DNA of 64,000 nt from an uncultured bacterium (GTDB taxonomy: Bacteria; Patescibacteriota; Minisyncoccia; Phycocordibacterales; UBA9973): positions 1,315 to 65,314 of the forward strand of contig CAIQAL010000028.1 of NCBI GenBank assembly GCA_903869825.1, in the 5' to 3' direction. Both the position numbers and the translations under genes were made by a program. The notes beneath the pieces are model-generated. The model was not told where the DNA came from, made no database searches, and saw only the letters and a program-made list of their open reading frames with translations. This document shows positions 62,859 to 64,000 of this stretch, piece after piece. Each line of letters begins with the position of its first letter. The first letter of the stretch is position 1.

Positions 62859-63632
62859 CTAATTTTTATCTAAATTTTGTAGTTCCTCCTGGAGTGCCTC
62901 GATTTGGGATTTAATTTGCTGTTTAGCTTCTTCGCTTAGATTTATTTCTCCAGACTTATTTTCTAAGAGATTTCTATACCTTACGATTGCTTCATTGTCG
63001 TTTGAAATTATGTCTTTCCCAATTGCGATTAAATGCTTCAACCTACCTATCTCTTCACTACTCTGGCCTACCATACTTGCCATTTCCTCTTCTAATTCAG
63101 CTGCTTTTTTGGGCGAAACATCACGTTTGAGGTGTCCAATTCTTTCTTTTGTATCAGATTTATAAGAATTAAGTTTCTCTACTTTTTCTTTCAACTCTGC
63201 AAAGTTTTTTTTGTAATTTTCTATTTCTTTTGACAATTCTCTCACAAGAAGAGGTGCTTTTTCTGCAAATTCTTCAGCCAGTATTTCTTCAAATCTTTCT
63301 CCCATGTCTTCTTCTTGTTCTTTGTACTCACTCATTACTTTGTTCAATAACCCTTCGGCTTCTTCTTCCTCCACAGACATGGAAAATTTTATTTTTTCTA
63401 TTTCCTTAAATAGATCTTTATCATCTGGGCCCTCCGGTAAATTGCTTAATTTTTCTTTTGCTATTGAAATTCTTTCTTTCCAACTATTTAGAAGTGTTCT
63501 TATTTCTTCTATTTTTTCTTGTGCCTCTGGGTTTTTAATATCCTTTCCTTTCCTGTCCAATGAATTAACTCTGAGTTCCACCTTCCTTAATTCTTCGTTT
63601 GCTTGATTTTTATTTTCTATTCCTTTAATCAT
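62859..63632 (-). CDS. Coiled-coil hypothetical protein
   Basis: 257 aa, E/K-rich heptad pattern. Confidence 0.7.
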   Translation of the reverse strand: MIKGIENKNQANEELRKVELRVNSLDRKGKDIKNPEAQEKIEEIRTLLNSWKERISIAKEKLSNLPEGPDDKDLFKEIEKIKFSMSVEEEEAEGLLNKVMSEYKEQEEDMGERFEEILAEEFAEKAPLLVRELSKEIENYKKNFAELKEKVEKLNSYKSDTKERIGHLKRDVSPKKAAELEEEMASMVGQSSEEIGRLKHLIAIGKDIISNDNEAIVRYRNLLENKSGEINLSEEAKQQIKSQIEALQEELQNLDKN

Positions 63633-63636
63633 AAAA

Positions 63637-63801
63637 TTATTCTTTTAACTTTTTTGATAATTCTTCAATTTTTTTTACCTCCCCTTTTTTAATTAAAGAT
63701 TTGATTAAAGACAGGGCCTGTTGCCCTTTTTCATTTATATTTTTGGCTGCATTATTGTAAATTTCTTCAATTTTTTTAGCTTGTTCTTCTTTGGTAGTCA
63801 T
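63637..63801 (-). CDS. 54-aa helical microprotein (not in ORF track)
   Basis: MTTKEEQAKKIEEIYNNAAK...SKKLKE; TATACT-N6-ATG; stop 4 nt before the next ATG. Confidence 0.65.
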   Translation of the reverse strand: MTTKEEQAKKIEEIYNNAAKNINEKGQQALSLIKSLIKKGEVKKIEELSKKLKE

Positions 63802-64000
63802 TGTATAAGTATACAATATCAGTAATACTAAACAAACTATTTGCTTTAAAAGTGGATATTTTGTATGCTTTAATAAGCATATTATTTATGAAATGAATGT
63901 AATATCTATTTATATTTGATACGTCTTAAATAGTAATAGTTAAAAAACTATAGAAATTATTAATTAATCGAAAAAATATGGAAAATAATAAACACTATGC

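Overview
Core-genome stretch of a small, AT-rich bacterium using genetic code 11. Gene content and protein style suggest Patescibacteria/CPR, probably Parcubacteria (inference). It carries housekeeping genes (secG, rnj, guaA, guaB, purA, pyrG, ftsE, ftsX, prfB, rpsP-khpA-trmD, rpmF-nusB-rnc-smc, thrS, gyrB) mixed with accessory membrane and hydrolase genes, and three tRNA genes. No CRISPR array, transposase or prophage is evident. Main highlights: (1) a tRNA-Thr(GGU) split by a 204-nt group I intron after position 36, with an exact second copy of its 5' exon 123 nt upstream; (2) a cobalamin riboswitch and terminator controlling two exported proteins that together resemble a split, domain-permuted transcobalamin; (3) a shortened prfB with no frameshift, whose ATG lies 1 nt after a tRNA-Thr(CGU); (4) a recurring -10 box-N6-start codon layout implying leaderless mRNAs; (5) an apparently hinge-less SMC, a NusB-Nudix fusion, a PBP(S11)-CapA fusion, a hairpin before rnc, and microproteins and a nonsense-interrupted gene missed by the ORF track.
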